Shown: positions 30,733 through 40,843 of the stretch, piece by piece
Position numbering within the stretch: position 1 is the stretch's first letter
How the letters are laid out: the number at the start of each line of letters is the position of its first letter
Source of the DNA: an uncultured Acidobacteriota bacterium
GTDB taxonomy: Bacteria > Acidobacteriota > Blastocatellia > RBC074
Length of the DNA: 64,000 nucleotides
Reading direction: 5' to 3'
NCBI GenBank assembly: GCA_963796275.1
Contig: CAWCKY010000004.1
Location: 768,001-832,000, forward strand
The notes under the pieces: generated by a model
Told to the model about the DNA's origin: nothing
The model's input: the letters and a program-made list of their open reading frames with translations, nothing else
Databases searched by the model: none
Translations under genes and position numbers: made by a program

Positions 30733-33095
30733 CGCCAAAAACACCAGCAGAAATCGGCGGCATGGGCCATTCGGTCAAGAGAAAGGAAGACCCGCGCTTC
30801 ATTCGCGGCAAAGGGAACTATGTCGACGACATAGTTCTGCCCGATATGCTCTATCTGGACATAGTCCGCAGCCCCTATGCTCACGCCACAATCAAAAACA
30901 TCGACACATCGAAAGCGCTCGCCATCCCCGGCGTGCTCGCGGTCATCACGGGCAAGGACCTCGACAAGTACAATCTCCACTGGATGCCGACGCTGATGTC
31001 GGACACGCAGATGGTGCTTCCCGTAGAGAAGGTGATGTACCAGGCGCAGGAAGTCGCGGCGGTTCTGGCGACGGATCGTTACATCGCCGCCGACGGAGTC
31101 GATGCCGTCGAAGTCGACTACGATCCCTTCCGGTGGTGGTCGATCCCAAGAAAGCGCTGCTCGCAGACGCGCCGGTCCTTCGAACCGATAAGCCGGACAA
31201 AAAAGACAATCACATCTGGCATTGGGAATGGGGTGATCGCGACAGCGACCGATCAGGCCTTCCGTGAAGCTGAGGTCACGGTCAAGGAAGAAATCTACAT
31301 CCCGAGGATTCACGTTTCATCGATAGAGACCTGCGGCTGCATCGCCTATTTCGACAAGGTCAAAGGGAAGCTGACCGTCTGGATGACTACGCAGGCGCCG
31401 CACGCCATCCGGACCGTCTTCGCCCTCGTCGCGGGTCACGTCGGATTGGCCGAGCACAAGATTCAGATCATCGCTCCCGACATCGGCGGCGGATTCGGGG
31501 GCAAGGTTCCGGTCTATCCCGGATACGTGATCGCCGTCGCCGCATCGGTGCTGACGGGTAAGCCGGTGAAATGGATTGAAGACCGGATGGAGAATATTCA
31601 GGCAGACTCGTTCGCGCGCGATTATCATATGAGCGCAGAGCTGGCCGGCAAAAAAGACGGGAAGCTGACTGCTCTCCGCATCAAGACGATCGCCGATCAC
31701 GGTTATACCGACGCCGCGGCGAACCCTTCGAAGTTTCCCGCGGGTCTATTTCACATCTGCACAGGGTCATACGATCTCAAGGCCGCGCACGTCGAGGTCG
31801 ATGGCGTCTACACCAACAAGCCGCCGGGAGGGATCGCATATCGCTGTTCGTTTCGGGTGACCGAGGCGGTGCACGCGATCGAGCGCATGGCCGACCTCAT
31901 GGCCCACGAGATCGGGATGGACGCGGCGGAGTTCCGCATGAAGAACTTCATCAAGCCGGAGCAGTTCCCGTACAAATCCGCGCTCGGCTGGGAGTACGAC
32001 AGCGGCGACTATGCGGCGGCGCTGAACAAGGCGATGGAGAGGATCGGATACGCGGAGCTCAAGAAGGAGCAGGCGGAGAAGCGCAAGCGCGGAGAGTTGA
32101 TGGGGATCGGCATCAGCAGCTTCACGGAGATCGTCGGAGCAGGTCCGTCGAAGCACTTCGACATTCTCGGCTTGAAGATGTTCGACAGCGCCGAAATTCG
32201 CGTCCACCCGACCGGCAAAGTGCTGGCGCGTTTCGGCACCAAATCCCAGGGTCAGGGACACGAGACGACCTATGCGCAGATAATCGCTGAAGAGCTCGGA
32301 TTCCCGGTCGACGATATAGCGATCGAAGAGGGCGACACCGACACCGCGCCTTACGGGCTCGGAACTTATGCCAGCCGGAGCACTCCCACGGCGGGCGCGG
32401 CTGGAGCGGTGGCGGCCCGCAAGATCAGAGATAAAGCCAAAAAGATCGCCGCTTACCTGCTCGAGGCTCACGAAGACGACCTGGAATGGGAGCCCGGCAA
32501 GTTCTTCGTCAAAGGGTCTCCCGATCGCGCGAAGACGATTCAAGAGATCGCGCTCGCCGCTTATACCAATCATCCACAAGGAATGGAGGCCGGCCTGGAA
32601 GCGGTCTCTTATTACGACCCGCCGAATCTCACCTATCCGTTCGGGAGCTATATCTGCGTCGTCGATATCGACAAAGGAACGGGAGAAGTGAAGATCCGCC
32701 GGTTCGTGGCGGTCGACGACTGCGGGAACATCATCAACCCGATGATCGTCGAGGGGCAGATTCATGGCGGATTGACCATGGGACTGGGACCGGCTCTCTA
32801 TGAGGAGATTCAATACGATGATAGCGGCAACATACTTCAGGGCAGTTTCATGAATTATCTGGTCCCGACGGCGATGGAGACGCCTAATTGGGAGACGGAT
32901 AAGACATGCACTCCCTCGCCGCATCACCCTCTCGGAGCGAAGGGCGTCGGAGAGTCCGCGACCGTGGGAGCGCCCGCGGCCATCGTCAATGCGGTGGTGG
33001 ATGCGCTCTGGCATCTCGGTGTGAGACACATCGATATTCCGATCACGCCACCGAAGGTGTGGAAGCTTTTGAGGGATAGGGGGGTGAGTGAGTGA
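30729..33095 (+). CDS. coxL: Aerobic CO dehydrogenase large subunit, form I
   Basis: Active-site AYRCSFR at 31836-31856; ATGA overlap with coxS; compensating frameshift pair near 31126 and 31244. Confidence 0.95.
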   Translation: MTPKTPAEIGGMGHSVKRKEDPRFIRGKGNYVDDIVLPDMLYLDIVRSPYAHATIKNIDTSKALAIPGVLAVITGKDLDKYNLHWMPTLMSDTQMVLPVEKVMYQAQEVAAVLATDRYIAADGVDAVEVDYDPFRWWSIPRKRCSQTRRSFEPISRTKKTITSGIGNGVIATATDQAFREAEVTVKEEIYIPRIHVSSIETCGCIAYFDKVKGKLTVWMTTQAPHAIRTVFALVAGHVGLAEHKIQIIAPDIGGGFGGKVPVYPGYVIAVAASVLTGKPVKWIEDRMENIQADSFARDYHMSAELAGKKDGKLTALRIKTIADHGYTDAAANPSKFPAGLFHICTGSYDLKAAHVEVDGVYTNKPPGGIAYRCSFRVTEAVHAIERMADLMAHEIGMDAAEFRMKNFIKPEQFPYKSALGWEYDSGDYAAALNKAMERIGYAELKKEQAEKRKRGELMGIGISSFTEIVGAGPSKHFDILGLKMFDSAEIRVHPTGKVLARFGTKSQGQGHETTYAQIIAEELGFPVDDIAIEEGDTDTAPYGLGTYASRSTPTAGAAGAVAARKIRDKAKKIAAYLLEAHEDDLEWEPGKFFVKGSPDRAKTIQEIALAAYTNHPQGMEAGLEAVSYYDPPNLTYPFGSYICVVDIDKGTGEVKIRRFVAVDDCGNIINPMIVEGQIHGGLTMGLGPALYEEIQYDDSGNILQGSFMNYLVPTAMETPNWETDKTCTPSPHHPLGAKGVGESATVGAPAAIVNAVVDALWHLGVRHIDIPITPPKVWKLLRDRGVSE

Positions 33096-33287
33096 GAAGG
33101 TCGCAGAGTTATTTAATAATTGTTTGCAGATGCTCAGCTCGGTAATGGTCTTTGAAAATAGATGGGAGCAAGGTTTATGGCCGATCCGTGTTTGCAACCA
33201 TTTTCAAAGAACATCATCGGGTTGAACATCTAGAACTTACTTGTTTTACCACTGCGTTACCCGATAAACGAGAAGGAGGATACGATT

Positions 33288-33617
33288 ATGAAGACAAGAA
33301 CGAATGGAATCATTGGTTTGATCTTTGGCTGTCTGGTTGCCGTAGCGCTGTCTACCGGAGGATTACGGATCACAGCTGACGTGTCAGGAAACCAGGATAC
33401 CAAAATGGCGATCTCAGCCGATCAGATGATCGCCGCTATCAAGACCGCCACTACCGCGAAACCTGGCAATATTCAGGAAGTAGAGCTTGATAAAGAGGGT
33501 GACAAGATCATCTGTGAGGTTGAGGTTCTTGCCCAGGACGGCAAGGTATACGATGTCAGGGTAGATGTCGCAACCAACACGGTGATAAAAGTCGAAGAGG
33601 ATAAGGACAACGACTGA
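33288..33617 (+). CDS. Small secreted PepSY-domain protein
   Basis: AGGAGG RBS; signal/TM segment; IS..Q.I....TAKPGNIQEVELD....EVEV..DGKVYDVRVD...VIKVE. Confidence 0.75.
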   Translation: MKTRTNGIIGLIFGCLVAVALSTGGLRITADVSGNQDTKMAISADQMIAAIKTATTAKPGNIQEVELDKEGDKIICEVEVLAQDGKVYDVRVDVATNTVIKVEEDKDND

Positions 33618-33674
33618 GAGTAGGACGATATAAACCAAGGATGTTTCACATAACAATTCTACCGGGGTTTCACG

Positions 33675-34688
33675 TTGGCAATGTGGAATGAAATCATCGA
33701 TCAGGCCGCCCTATTGCGTGCTGAAGAGCAACCGTTTGTCATCGCCACCGTGGTCGCCTATAAAAGCCCTCAGTCGGCCAAACCCGGGTCGAAGGCCATC
33801 ATCAAGCCCGATGGATCGATCAGCGGCTGGATAGGAGGGGGCTGCGTTCAGCCCATCGTCGTTCGCGAAGCGCAAAAAGCGCTGAACACAGGCAAGCCGA
33901 AGCTCGTCAGCATCAGCCCGGATCCCACACACGGGGATTGGAAAGGCGTCGAAATCTATGAGATGACGTGCCAGGGCGGCGGCTCTCTGGAGATTTATCT
34001 GGAACCTGTACTTCCCAAACCCAATTTTCTTATCGTAGGCAATTCACCAGTAGCGCAGCTTCTCACCGGATTCGGTCGGATACTAGAATTCAAGGTCACT
34101 GTGGCCGCCCCGGAGGCAACAAAGGAACATTTCCCTGAAGCCGATGTGGTGCTGACCGATCTCGAATCCTTGAGATTGCGCATAGATTCGCGCAGTTATG
34201 TCGTGGTAGCCACCATGGGAAACGGGGATGAAGAAGGGCTGGAAGCAGTCCTGGGTACAAACCCGCAATATATCGGACTGGTCGCAAGCAAAGAGAAAGC
34301 GAAATCGCTCTTTCAGTACGTGCGCGATAAGGGAACGCCGGCTGAACATCTCGACCGCATAAAGTGCCCGGCCGGGATCGAACTCGGAGCGGAGACGCTG
34401 CCTGAGATCGCTCTCAGTGTGATCGCCGAAATCACCCGGTTGCGAAGAGTATCGGGACATGCAGCGGAGCAGGCCGCGGTCGAAAGCCAAAAGTCCGCCA
34501 GCCTGCCGGTCATACTTGGCGAGCTAACTTTGATGGAAAGCATCGACCCTGTATGCGGGATGATCGTCGCAACTGCGAACTCGAAATATAAAACGGCATA
34601 CAAAACGGCCTCGGAGGATAAAATCTTTTATTTCTGTTGCCTCAGATGTAAGGAATCATTCGAGAGGTCGCCACAACTCTACATATGA
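33675..34688 (+). CDS. XdhC/CoxF-family Moco maturation factor with C-terminal YHS-like domain
   Basis: ATVV...KPGSKAII..DG..SGWIGGGC; TCQGGG; YIGLVAS; CPAG; C-terminal DPVCGM...YFCCLRCKESF. Start may be the ATG at 33681. Confidence 0.85.
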   Translation: MAMWNEIIDQAALLRAEEQPFVIATVVAYKSPQSAKPGSKAIIKPDGSISGWIGGGCVQPIVVREAQKALNTGKPKLVSISPDPTHGDWKGVEIYEMTCQGGGSLEIYLEPVLPKPNFLIVGNSPVAQLLTGFGRILEFKVTVAAPEATKEHFPEADVVLTDLESLRLRIDSRSYVVVATMGNGDEEGLEAVLGTNPQYIGLVASKEKAKSLFQYVRDKGTPAEHLDRIKCPAGIELGAETLPEIALSVIAEITRLRRVSGHAAEQAAVESQKSASLPVILGELTLMESIDPVCGMIVATANSKYKTAYKTASEDKIFYFCCLRCKESFERSPQLYI

Positions 34689-35290
34689 GAAAGTTCATTT
34701 CCGGACTGGTTCTTGGGGCTGGCGCTTCAAGCCGGTTCGGACAACCTAAACAGCTTCTACCCTTCAAAGGCTCCACTCTGCTCGGCTGGGCAATCAATCA
34801 GGCCGAACGAGCGACAGGACTTGACGAAGTGATCGTCGTCCTGGGCCGCGCCGCTGCCGAGATCCGCGAAAAAGTCGCCTTCGGTAGCGCGAAGGTGGTG
34901 GAGAACCCCGTCTTCGGCGAGGGCTGTGCCTCATCGTACCGCGCGGGCATCGAGGCGCTCGATCCCCAATCCGAAGCGATCATTATTCTTCTCGGCGATC
35001 AGCCGGGAGTTGATCCTGAAACGATCGATCGCGTAGCCGGCGAGTGGCGGAATGGCGATGCCCAGATCGCGCTCGCTTCTTATCAGGGACGAAAAGGTCA
35101 CCCGATGTTGTTCGCCAAACCGCTGTTCGGCCAGCTCGTGGAGCTGCGCGGCGACAAGGCGGCATGGAAGCTCGTCGATGCAAACCCCGCCCTGGTCCGC
35201 GTAATTCCGTTCGACTGTTCCTTTCCCGAAGATATCGATACTCCGGAAGATTTTATACGAGCCGCTGATGGCGATCTGAGGAGAATGTGA
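34685..35290 (+). CDS. mocA: Molybdenum cofactor cytidylyltransferase (MocA-like)
   Basis: LVLGAGASSRFGQPKQLL, LGDQP, GHP, DIDTPED; located in a cox cluster. Confidence 0.8.
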   Translation: MRKFISGLVLGAGASSRFGQPKQLLPFKGSTLLGWAINQAERATGLDEVIVVLGRAAAEIREKVAFGSAKVVENPVFGEGCASSYRAGIEALDPQSEAIIILLGDQPGVDPETIDRVAGEWRNGDAQIALASYQGRKGHPMLFAKPLFGQLVELRGDKAAWKLVDANPALVRVIPFDCSFPEDIDTPEDFIRAADGDLRRM

Positions 35291-35297
35291 GGGAGAT

Positions 35298-36182
35298 GTG
35301 AGAGAGGAAGTACGAAAGATTCAGGAAATGCTCCGCAGCCAAGTCTATATCACCGATGCGGCAGTCGCCACATCGTTGTACCTGGCGATGACACTCGGAA
35401 AGCCGCTCCTGATTGAAGGCCCATCAGGCGTCGGCAAGACCGAGATCGCCAAGGCACTCGCCTCCGCGATCGACGCGAACCTGGTACGCCTTCAGTGTTA
35501 TGAGGGGTTGGATGCTGCTGCTGCGCTTTATGAATGGAATTACGCCAAGCAATTGCTGCATATCAAGCTGCAAGAGGTTTCACGAGCGAACGCGAATCAA
35601 GAAGAGGCGAAAATCTTCAGCGAACATTACCTCTTGAAGCGCCCGCTGCTCGAGGCCATTACCCACCAGACGCACTCCCCCGTCTTATTGATCGACGAGG
35701 TCGATCGGAGCGATGAGGAATTCGAGGCCTTCCTGCTCGAGGTACTCTCAGAGTTCCAGGTGACCATTCCCGAAATCGGAACGATCACGGCGACCTATCG
35801 CCCATACGTCGTATTGACTTCCAACAGGTCGCGAGATCTCTCCGATGCGCTCAGACGGCGATGCCTCTATCTTTGGATCGATTATCCGTCTTTCGACAAG
35901 GAGCTCGAGATCGTGCGCGCCCGGGTGCCCGCGATCGGCGAGGAGCTTTCAGCGGAGGTTACGCGCGTGATTCAAGCGATCAGAAAGCTGAATCTGGTCA
36001 AGGTTCCGGGAGTTGCCGAGACGCTCGACTGGGCCACTGCGCTGGCCGCATTGAACACGACGCAGCTCAACCGCGAGGTGATCGTTGAGACCAGCGGCTG
36101 CTTTATAAAGGACGAGACAGATCTGCGCAAAGTTGAAGCCGAGCTGAGCGCTGGTACGATAGTGAACGACACCAGAAAATGA
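35298..36182 (+). CDS. coxD: MoxR-type AAA+ ATPase CoxD
   Basis: EGPSGVGKT, RLQCYEG, LYEWNY, LLIDEVDR, LRRRC. Confidence 0.88.
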   Translation: MREEVRKIQEMLRSQVYITDAAVATSLYLAMTLGKPLLIEGPSGVGKTEIAKALASAIDANLVRLQCYEGLDAAAALYEWNYAKQLLHIKLQEVSRANANQEEAKIFSEHYLLKRPLLEAITHQTHSPVLLIDEVDRSDEEFEAFLLEVLSEFQVTIPEIGTITATYRPYVVLTSNRSRDLSDALRRRCLYLWIDYPSFDKELEIVRARVPAIGEELSAEVTRVIQAIRKLNLVKVPGVAETLDWATALAALNTTQLNREVIVETSGCFIKDETDLRKVEAELSAGTIVNDTRK

Positions 36183-36253
36183 ACGTTGTGCATATGGAGT
36201 TCCCAAATCGCTGAAGGGGGGAACTCCCAACGTTTTCACAGTGAGGAGCTATT

Positions 36254-37405
36254 TTGAATCTCGATCCGACATCCGGAACATCCATTCTAGATGAGACAGT
36301 GCTCTTCTGCAGAACTCTCAGGGAGCATGGATTGATGGTGACGCCGAGCGAGGCGATCGACGCGGTCGCGGTGCTCGGGCTCATCAACCTCGACGACCGG
36401 CAGGAGACCTTCTGGGGCCTAAGAAGCGTACTGACATCGCGCGTGGAAGACTTCCCCGTCTTTGAGGAGCTCTTCGAAGAGTTCTGGCGCCGGCAGAGCA
36501 GGAGAAAGGTCTCAGGGCGAGACGCATCGAATAGCGGCCAACAAACCCGCCTCACTTCGACTCGCCCCAACGATAAGGGGCTGGCTTTCTTCCTTGAACA
36601 CTGGGGCGAGATGGGAGAGCGCTCCGCTGAATCGATCAGGTTGCCTGGTGCGAGCGATGTCGAATCAATCTCCGAAAAAGACTTCAGTCAGTTCCGCGAT
36701 GATGAGCTCGAGGAAATCTCACGGATCGCGAGAAGAATCGTTAAGAAGCTCGCACGCAACACGAGCCGCCGCTGGAAGCCCGTCAGGCGCGGCCCCAAAG
36801 TCAACTTGCGCGGAACTCTGCGCCGGTCTCTCGGGGCTGGCGGCGAATTGGTCGAGCTCTCGTTCAAACAACGCAAACAAAAGAAGACCAGACTGGTCGT
36901 CATCTGCGATGTGTCGGGATCGATGGACTTCTACAGCCGGGTTCTTCTTCAATTCATCTACGGGCTGCAAAACAGTTTCGCGCGCGTGGAGACATTCGTC
37001 TTCAGCACATCGCTCGCACGAATAACCGGACATCTGAAGCGAAAGAGATACAAGGAGGCACTGGAACGCCTGGCGGATGATGTCCGCGGATGGTCCGGCG
37101 GCACACTCATCGGTCCGAGCATCGCTGCGTTCAATTCGGGCTGGCCCAGGTTTGTTGATAGCCGCACCATTGTCATTATATTGAGTGACGGGTGGGATAC
37201 CGGAGATTCTGAGGTGCTCAGCGCATCACTCGCCGATTTGAAAAAACGCTCTGGAAAGCTGATCTGGCTCAACCCGTTACTGGGCAGCCCGGACTATCAG
37301 CCGCTCGCTCGCGGTATGCAGGCCGCGCTTCCGTATATAGACGTGTTCGCGCCTATGAATAATCGGGCGAGCCTCAGAGCGCTGGACAGGCACTTGGTGC
37401 TGTGA
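36254..37405 (+). CDS. coxE: vWA-domain CoxE-like protein
   Basis: CDVSGSM MIDAS motif, ETFVFST, WSGGT, LSDGWD, WLNPL; GAGGAG RBS. Confidence 0.88.
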   Translation: MNLDPTSGTSILDETVLFCRTLREHGLMVTPSEAIDAVAVLGLINLDDRQETFWGLRSVLTSRVEDFPVFEELFEEFWRRQSRRKVSGRDASNSGQQTRLTSTRPNDKGLAFFLEHWGEMGERSAESIRLPGASDVESISEKDFSQFRDDELEEISRIARRIVKKLARNTSRRWKPVRRGPKVNLRGTLRRSLGAGGELVELSFKQRKQKKTRLVVICDVSGSMDFYSRVLLQFIYGLQNSFARVETFVFSTSLARITGHLKRKRYKEALERLADDVRGWSGGTLIGPSIAAFNSGWPRFVDSRTIVIILSDGWDTGDSEVLSASLADLKKRSGKLIWLNPLLGSPDYQPLARGMQAALPYIDVFAPMNNRASLRALDRHLVL

Positions 37406-37412
37406 TCGAAAG

Positions 37413-37478
37413 AGTTTTCAGTTTTCAGTTCTCAGTTTTCAGAACTGAAAACCGGCTGAAAACTGAAAACTGAAAACT
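37413..37478. repeat. Heptamer inverted-repeat hairpin
   Basis: About four AGTTTTC units followed by about four CTGAAAA units, ending 4 nt before ATG 37483. Confidence 0.85.
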
Positions 37479-37482
37479 ATCT

Positions 37483-38562
37483 ATGGAGCAGGTATTCGAC
37501 CAGATCGAAGCGATCGGAAAAACCGAGAGTCGGGTGGCGATGGCCACGCTCATCTCCACCAAAGGCACGAGCCCGAAAAAGGAAGGGGCCAAGATGTGGG
37601 TGAGCGAATCCGGCAGCATACTCGGCTCTGTGACAATCGGCGGATGCGTAGACGCACGAGTGATCGAAGAGTCGGAAGAAGCGCTCGCATCATTCATGCC
37701 ACGTCTTCTTTCGGTCGACCTCGGCGAAGAGGACGCCTGGGAAGGCGGATTCACCTGCGCCGGAACCATTCAGGTCCTGATCGAACCGCTAGACCTGGCC
37801 AACCGCGAAGACACTTTGTTAAATCTCTACCGGGCAATTCAAGACGAAGTGAAATGCGGAAAGTGCGCCGTTCTGGCCACGCTCCTGGGCCATACTTCGT
37901 CGAAGCTCGGCATCTACGAAGATGGGCGCACTTCCGGAACCCTGGGCGATGCGGCGCTCGATCGAGAGGCGCGTGAGACTGCGCGAGGACTGATCCAGCA
38001 GCGAGCTTCTCGCACTGTATTATTGGCATCAAGTTCATCTTCGACCGAAGTATTCTTCGAGGTGCACGCTCCCGCGTCGGCCCTGATCATCTTCGGTGCG
38101 GGTCCGGTTTCGATGCATCTGGCGAACCTGGGCGGGGAGCTCGGTCTGCGGACAGTGGTGATCGACAGCAGACCACGCTTCGCAAACCGCCAAAGATTTC
38201 CTCAAGCTGACGATCTGCTGATCGGAATCCCTTCCGAAATCGCCGGGTCGCTGACTTACACGTCATCAACTTTTGTCGTCCTGACGGCGCACGACTATAA
38301 GTACGACATACCTGTGCTCAAAACAGTGCTGGGGACCGAGGCGGGCTATATCGGCTTGCTCGGGAGCAAGAGGAGAGGTCAGGCGATCCTGAAGTTCCTC
38401 AGAGAGAGCGGCCTGGACGAGCGCACGCTCGATCGAGTGCACGTGCCAACCGGATTGGACATCGGCGCGCAAACGGCGGCCGAGATTGCCTTGAGCATAC
38501 TGGCTGAAGCGGTTGCGGTAAAAGCAGCACGACAGGGGTCGTCGATGAGGAAAAACGTATGA
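37483..38562 (+). CDS. Second XdhC/CoxI-family maturation factor
   Basis: ATLISTKGTSPKKEGAKM, TIGGCVD, IFGAG, LTAHDYKYD, YIGLLGSKRR, PTGLDIGA..AEIA. Confidence 0.87.
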   Translation: MEQVFDQIEAIGKTESRVAMATLISTKGTSPKKEGAKMWVSESGSILGSVTIGGCVDARVIEESEEALASFMPRLLSVDLGEEDAWEGGFTCAGTIQVLIEPLDLANREDTLLNLYRAIQDEVKCGKCAVLATLLGHTSSKLGIYEDGRTSGTLGDAALDREARETARGLIQQRASRTVLLASSSSSTEVFFEVHAPASALIIFGAGPVSMHLANLGGELGLRTVVIDSRPRFANRQRFPQADDLLIGIPSEIAGSLTYTSSTFVVLTAHDYKYDIPVLKTVLGTEAGYIGLLGSKRRGQAILKFLRESGLDERTLDRVHVPTGLDIGAQTAAEIALSILAEAVAVKAARQGSSMRKNV

Positions 38563-38563
38563 A

Positions 38564-39052
38564 AGTTTTTAGTTTTCAGTTTTTAGTAGCTGATCGCGAC
38601 AGCTCAGCTAAAAACTAAAAACTAAAAACTGAAATTAACTGTTCAGCCTCTTCGCCGCGTTAGCTGCGGTTGATTGTAGTTGTGGGATTTCAACCCACGG
38701 TCGGCGAGCAGTATTTTCTCACTCACCTTGCGACGGACCGATGTCCTCTTCTTCGCCGCGTTAGCGGCGGCTGATAGTAGCCGTGGGTTTTAACCAGGTT
38801 TTAACCCACGGACGGCATGAAGGATATTCCCGCGTCGCGTCAGCGACGCCTGATTCAACCGTCGCTGACGCGACGTGAAAAAATCTATACCGCTACCGTG
38901 GGTTAAAACCCACGACTACAATCAACCGCCGCTAACGCGGCGAAGAGGTTGAACAGTTAATTTCAGTTTTTAGTTTTTAGTTTTTAGTTTTTAATTCAGA
39001 AAACTGAAAACTGAAAACTGAAAACTCAGAACTCAGAACTCAGAACTCAGAA
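38564..39052. repeat. Nested composite palindrome: heptamer hairpins flanking REP-like units
   Basis: 38608-38700 is a ~92-bp inverted repeat of 38896-38987 with about 5 differences; an internal third REP unit and the cgtcgcgtcagcgacg/cgtcgctgacgcgacg hairpin; outer heptamer tracts. Confidence 0.9.
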
Positions 39053-39058
39053 GAAGAT

Positions 39059-39439
39059 ATGGCCGCGCTCTACAGCGAAATTCTACTCGATCATTTTCGC
39101 AATCCGCGAAACTACGGCAGTCTGCCATCTGCCGATGTCACCCACGAAATTTTCAATCCGCTCTGCGGCGATCGGATCAGGATCGAGCTCGAGATCAGAG
39201 ACGGCCGCATCGAAGCAGCCCGCTTCGTGGGCGATGGGTGTGCGATCAGCATGGCCGCGGCTTCAATGCTCACAGAGATGACGATCGGCGGAGAGATAGA
39301 TCATCTGGTCTCCAGCGATCAGCTTCTTTCATCGCTCAAGAGCGATATCAAACCTTCCAGGATCAAATGCGCACTGCTTCCGCTCGAAGCGCTCTGCTCG
39401 GGAGTTGAAATATACAAGCAGCAGGCAGCCGGCCCGTGA
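39059..39439 (+). CDS. IscU/SufU-like Fe-S scaffold / sulfur-transfer protein
   Basis: LYSEILLDHFRNPRN, NPLCGD, GCAISMAAAS, RIKCALL (three conserved Cys). Confidence 0.88.
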   Translation: MAALYSEILLDHFRNPRNYGSLPSADVTHEIFNPLCGDRIRIELEIRDGRIEAARFVGDGCAISMAAASMLTEMTIGGEIDHLVSSDQLLSSLKSDIKPSRIKCALLPLEALCSGVEIYKQQAAGP

Positions 39440-39440
39440 T

Positions 39441-40046
39441 TCAACCGGCATGTCTTCCGAACAGGCGAAGGAAGAAGCGGGCGATGACATTCCACAACGC
39501 GTTGAGCAGAAGCGAGGGAGCGCTGAGTGCTTTCGTTTCGGTCGGTGGAGTTGTTTCATTAGATCGAATATCGGCAGTGGGAGGTTGATCAGCGACTTCG
39601 AGATTTTTTTTCACACAGGCCGAGAATTGCCGGAACAGTTGCTTTGAAACCTCTTCAATCATCCCGCGCCCGAACTGGACCACTTTTCCGACGAGGTCCA
39701 CCTCAGCACTGACGACAACCAGCGCTCCTCCGGAATCGACCGGCGTAACTATGCTGAGCATGTTGACCTTTGCAGATCCGGCGCCGCCGGTTTCACGCCC
39801 TTCTCCTACCATCCGGACCCGGTGGTTCTGCTCGTCCAATTCAGTAAATTTGATCTGGCCTTTGTACGACATGGCGACCGGGCCGATCTTCACCTTCACC
39901 GCGCCCAGAAACGTGCGCTCGGCTTGCGACTCCAAAAGCTCTGCGCCAGGTATGCAGACGACCACTTTGGCAGGGTCGATCAGATATTCCCATACCTTTT
40001 GAACCGGTGCTCGTACTTCAAATTGTTCTTCGATCTTAAATGGCAT
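39441..40046 (-). CDS. coxG: CoxG (SRPBCC) CO dehydrogenase accessory protein
   Basis: F.V.AP..VW..L.DP....CIPGA, KVKIGP, GKVVQFGRGMI, amphipathic C-terminal tail. Confidence 0.85.
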   Translation of the reverse strand: MPFKIEEQFEVRAPVQKVWEYLIDPAKVVVCIPGAELLESQAERTFLGAVKVKIGPVAMSYKGQIKFTELDEQNHRVRMVGEGRETGGAGSAKVNMLSIVTPVDSGGALVVVSAEVDLVGKVVQFGRGMIEEVSKQLFRQFSACVKKNLEVADQPPTADIRSNETTPPTETKALSAPSLLLNALWNVIARFFLRLFGRHAG

Positions 40047-40843
40047 CGTAGAAATTCTCCTGTAGACACATTTTATATGCGTCTATGTAGCTCAACAAGG
40101 CCATATTCCCCACTGCCTCGACGCCCAGCTTTGCTCCGCCTGTATTGACGAATCAAATTTGGTTAACGACTGCCCCGCAAGACGCCTTACAACAATGCTC
40201 GCCTTTTCGCTCCCCCTTTTTCCCTTTAATTCGATCATACAACTAAAGATTACACCTACGCCGGTTTGGAGAAAGAAGCATCAATGCAACTCAAAAAGAC
40301 CGGCCGCGCAATACCTTATCACACAATATTTAGAGTGCCACCAGCAACCGACGCGTAAATTAAGCGGATTTGATAATTGACTTCTTATGATTACCCGTGA
40401 TACATACGACTCAATAATTCAGCTCCAAAACAAAAGATAGTAACAGACGTAACAAGAGGCAGTCATAAGGGATCGAGTTAAGCGGTAGAGGGGGAAGGAC
40501 TGTCCAAGCGCGTCAAAATTAAGAGATTGGAGACGGGGATGGCATTGCTGCGCCCAGCTGAGAACGCAGGGGTAAAAGTCCTTATCGATATCAGGTTTTA
40601 TAACAATATCTGAGCTAATTCCTATTCGCGTAAGTTTACTTTTGTATTACTCGTCCGAAGAGAAAACATTCGAAGATGCCGGCGTGAAGTCATCAAGGTA
40701 GAAGTCAAAACTCAGTAAGACATCTCAGTAAGACATCTAATCGATTTACTCAGAACAAGGCGGCGGGCCAGGCGGCCGGCCATCGGAACAACGGGGGGCG
40801 ACTCCAGTTGAAGTCGCCAGTTTACTATAAAACGGAGGTCACT

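Noticed and set aside
29365-33095. Xanthine dehydrogenase or form II CODH interpretation
   Set aside because: The AYRCSFR motif, M-S-L order and coxD/E/G context indicate form I.
36182-36234. Small coxD-coxE intercistronic hairpin as a terminator
   Set aside because: It lies within an apparent operon and has no clear U-tract; function unsupported.
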